Assembly: GCF_001194135.2 (NCBI RefSeq)
Contig: NC_068987.1
Location: 74,436,599-74,469,984 of the forward strand
Direction: 5' to 3'
Length of the DNA: 33,386 bases
Source of the DNA: Octopus bimaculoides
Taxonomy: Eukaryota
Shown piece by piece: positions 32,380-33,386 of the stretch (positions are counted from its first letter, which is position 1; each line of letters starts with the position of its first letter). A program made the position numbers and the translations under genes. Under the pieces are notes generated by a model. It saw only the letters and a program-made list of their open reading frames with translations, was not told where the DNA came from and made no database searches.

Positions 32380-32715
32380 TCCAGTCACTAAACCTGTTAG
32401 AAATAGTAGCCAAGTATTCCTTAAACCACATTTTAAGAAATGGCACATTGAATAATATTCACCTAAATGCAATATGCTGTATTTACTTGTGTATAAGTCG
32501 TATCCCTAATTTAGTGTTAAATTTGGAAGAAAATTTTTTCCTTTCATATTTAAACTTGATATCAGCTTTGCTCTGTGTACAAGTCGTACCCTAGCGCCAC
32601 TTAGACTCAAGTAAATACGGTATTTAAACAACAAAAGCATACGGGATGGTAATGGCTGAACGTCTTTAATTATATGTCTGCAAATTCAAGCTTGACCTTG
32701 TAGGTAAACAACAGC
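32380..32715 (+). mobile_element. Family D copy interrupted by a MITE
   Basis: Block B ACCTGTTAGAAATAGTAGCCAAGT at ~32391-32414; block A ACGGGATGGTAATGGCTG...GCTTGACCTTG at 32641-32700. Confidence 0.6.
32477..32620. mobile_element. Tc1/mariner-pogo-type MITE, 144 bp
   Basis: 24-bp TIRs CTGTATTTACTTGTGTATAAGTCG and CCACTTAGACTCAAGTAAATACGG match 20/24; TA on the right flank (32621-22), TG on the left. Confidence 0.8.
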
Positions 32716-32804
32716 AGCAAAGCATGCTACGTTACATATCAAATGGTAGAAATTAAGCCATGATTCTCATTTAATTATTATTTTTTTATTTATAGATGTT
32801 ATTA

Positions 32805-33005
32805 AGACCCAGATCGTCTTTGATTCAGTAGAGCTATTTGAATCAAAGGCACTCCATATGTGACCAACACATTAATTTTTCTAAAGCATTGTATATCTAG
32901 CACGGTATTATCCGATACATCCTTCCAATTTTTAAAACTCTAAAGTATCGTATGAGGGAGATTGAGCTGCTATTTCGAATAGGTTGACTGATTACGTAGG
33001 GGCGA
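32805..33005 (-). mobile_element. Family D copy
   Basis: GAATCAAAGGCACTCCA..TGTGACCA ... ATGAGGGAGATTGAGCTGCTATTTC...TACGTAGGGGC. Confidence 0.7.
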
Positions 33006-33134
33006 GGGGGGATTTCCTTCGAGTATTTTGGCGAGGAGGTGCGCGTATAATGATGTTATTCATTAATCTTTGAACTAATGATAAAAATCGAAGTTGATAC
33101 ATTTTTGTAAGATAATGACTTATGTTTAATCGGA

Positions 33135-33270
33135 CACACGCACACACACATTCTCTCTCTCTCGCTCCCCCTATCTCTCTCTCTCTCGCTCCCCCTATCT
33201 CTCACTCTCTCTCACTCACTCTCTCTCTCTCTCACTCACTCACACACACACACACACACACACATACACG
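33135..33270. repeat. (CA)n/(CT)n microsatellite with a short duplicated CTCTCTCGCTCCCCCTAT unit
   Basis: Directly visible. Confidence 0.88.
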
Positions 33271-33386
33271 GACATGCACAGGCAGACGCTGGCACTCATA
33301 ACGGCTGAGTGAGATCTTCCAGACGCGGTCATAAATCGCCATAAAGATAACAGTGTGGCTACAAATACGTGAAAGACATTTAGCAG

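Noticed and set aside
1-33386. Prokaryotic systems, CRISPR arrays, rRNA or intact tRNA genes
   Set aside because: None seen; all tRNA-like boxes belong to SINE heads or lack a paired anticodon arm.

Overview
Eukaryotic, repeat-dominated, AT-rich DNA from a gapped draft assembly (about a dozen N runs). The SINE families, mariner and microsatellite load fit a coleoid cephalopod, most likely Octopus (my recognition, not a database result). There is no intact host gene, rRNA, clearly functional tRNA or CRISPR; nearly all ORFs in the track are microsatellite translations. Decodable content: an RTE-clade LINE 5' region with endonuclease (-), a truncated mariner transposase (+), a Penelope-like element (PLE) whose 5' part is inverted like a twin-priming product and whose 3' region carries one intact minimal hammerhead ribozyme and one degenerate one, a second PLE fragment, a decayed ~1.4 kb R4/Dong-type LINE and a Tigger/pogo remnant that the ORF track misses, two MITEs, at least three tRNA-derived SINE families, and about 14 diverged copies of an unclassified bipartite element whose orientation tracks the polarity of neighbouring trinucleotide tracts. 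One 291-bp stop-free, splice-site-bounded segment (27564-27854, -) may be a host exon. All alignments and folds were done by eye, and most boundaries are approximate.
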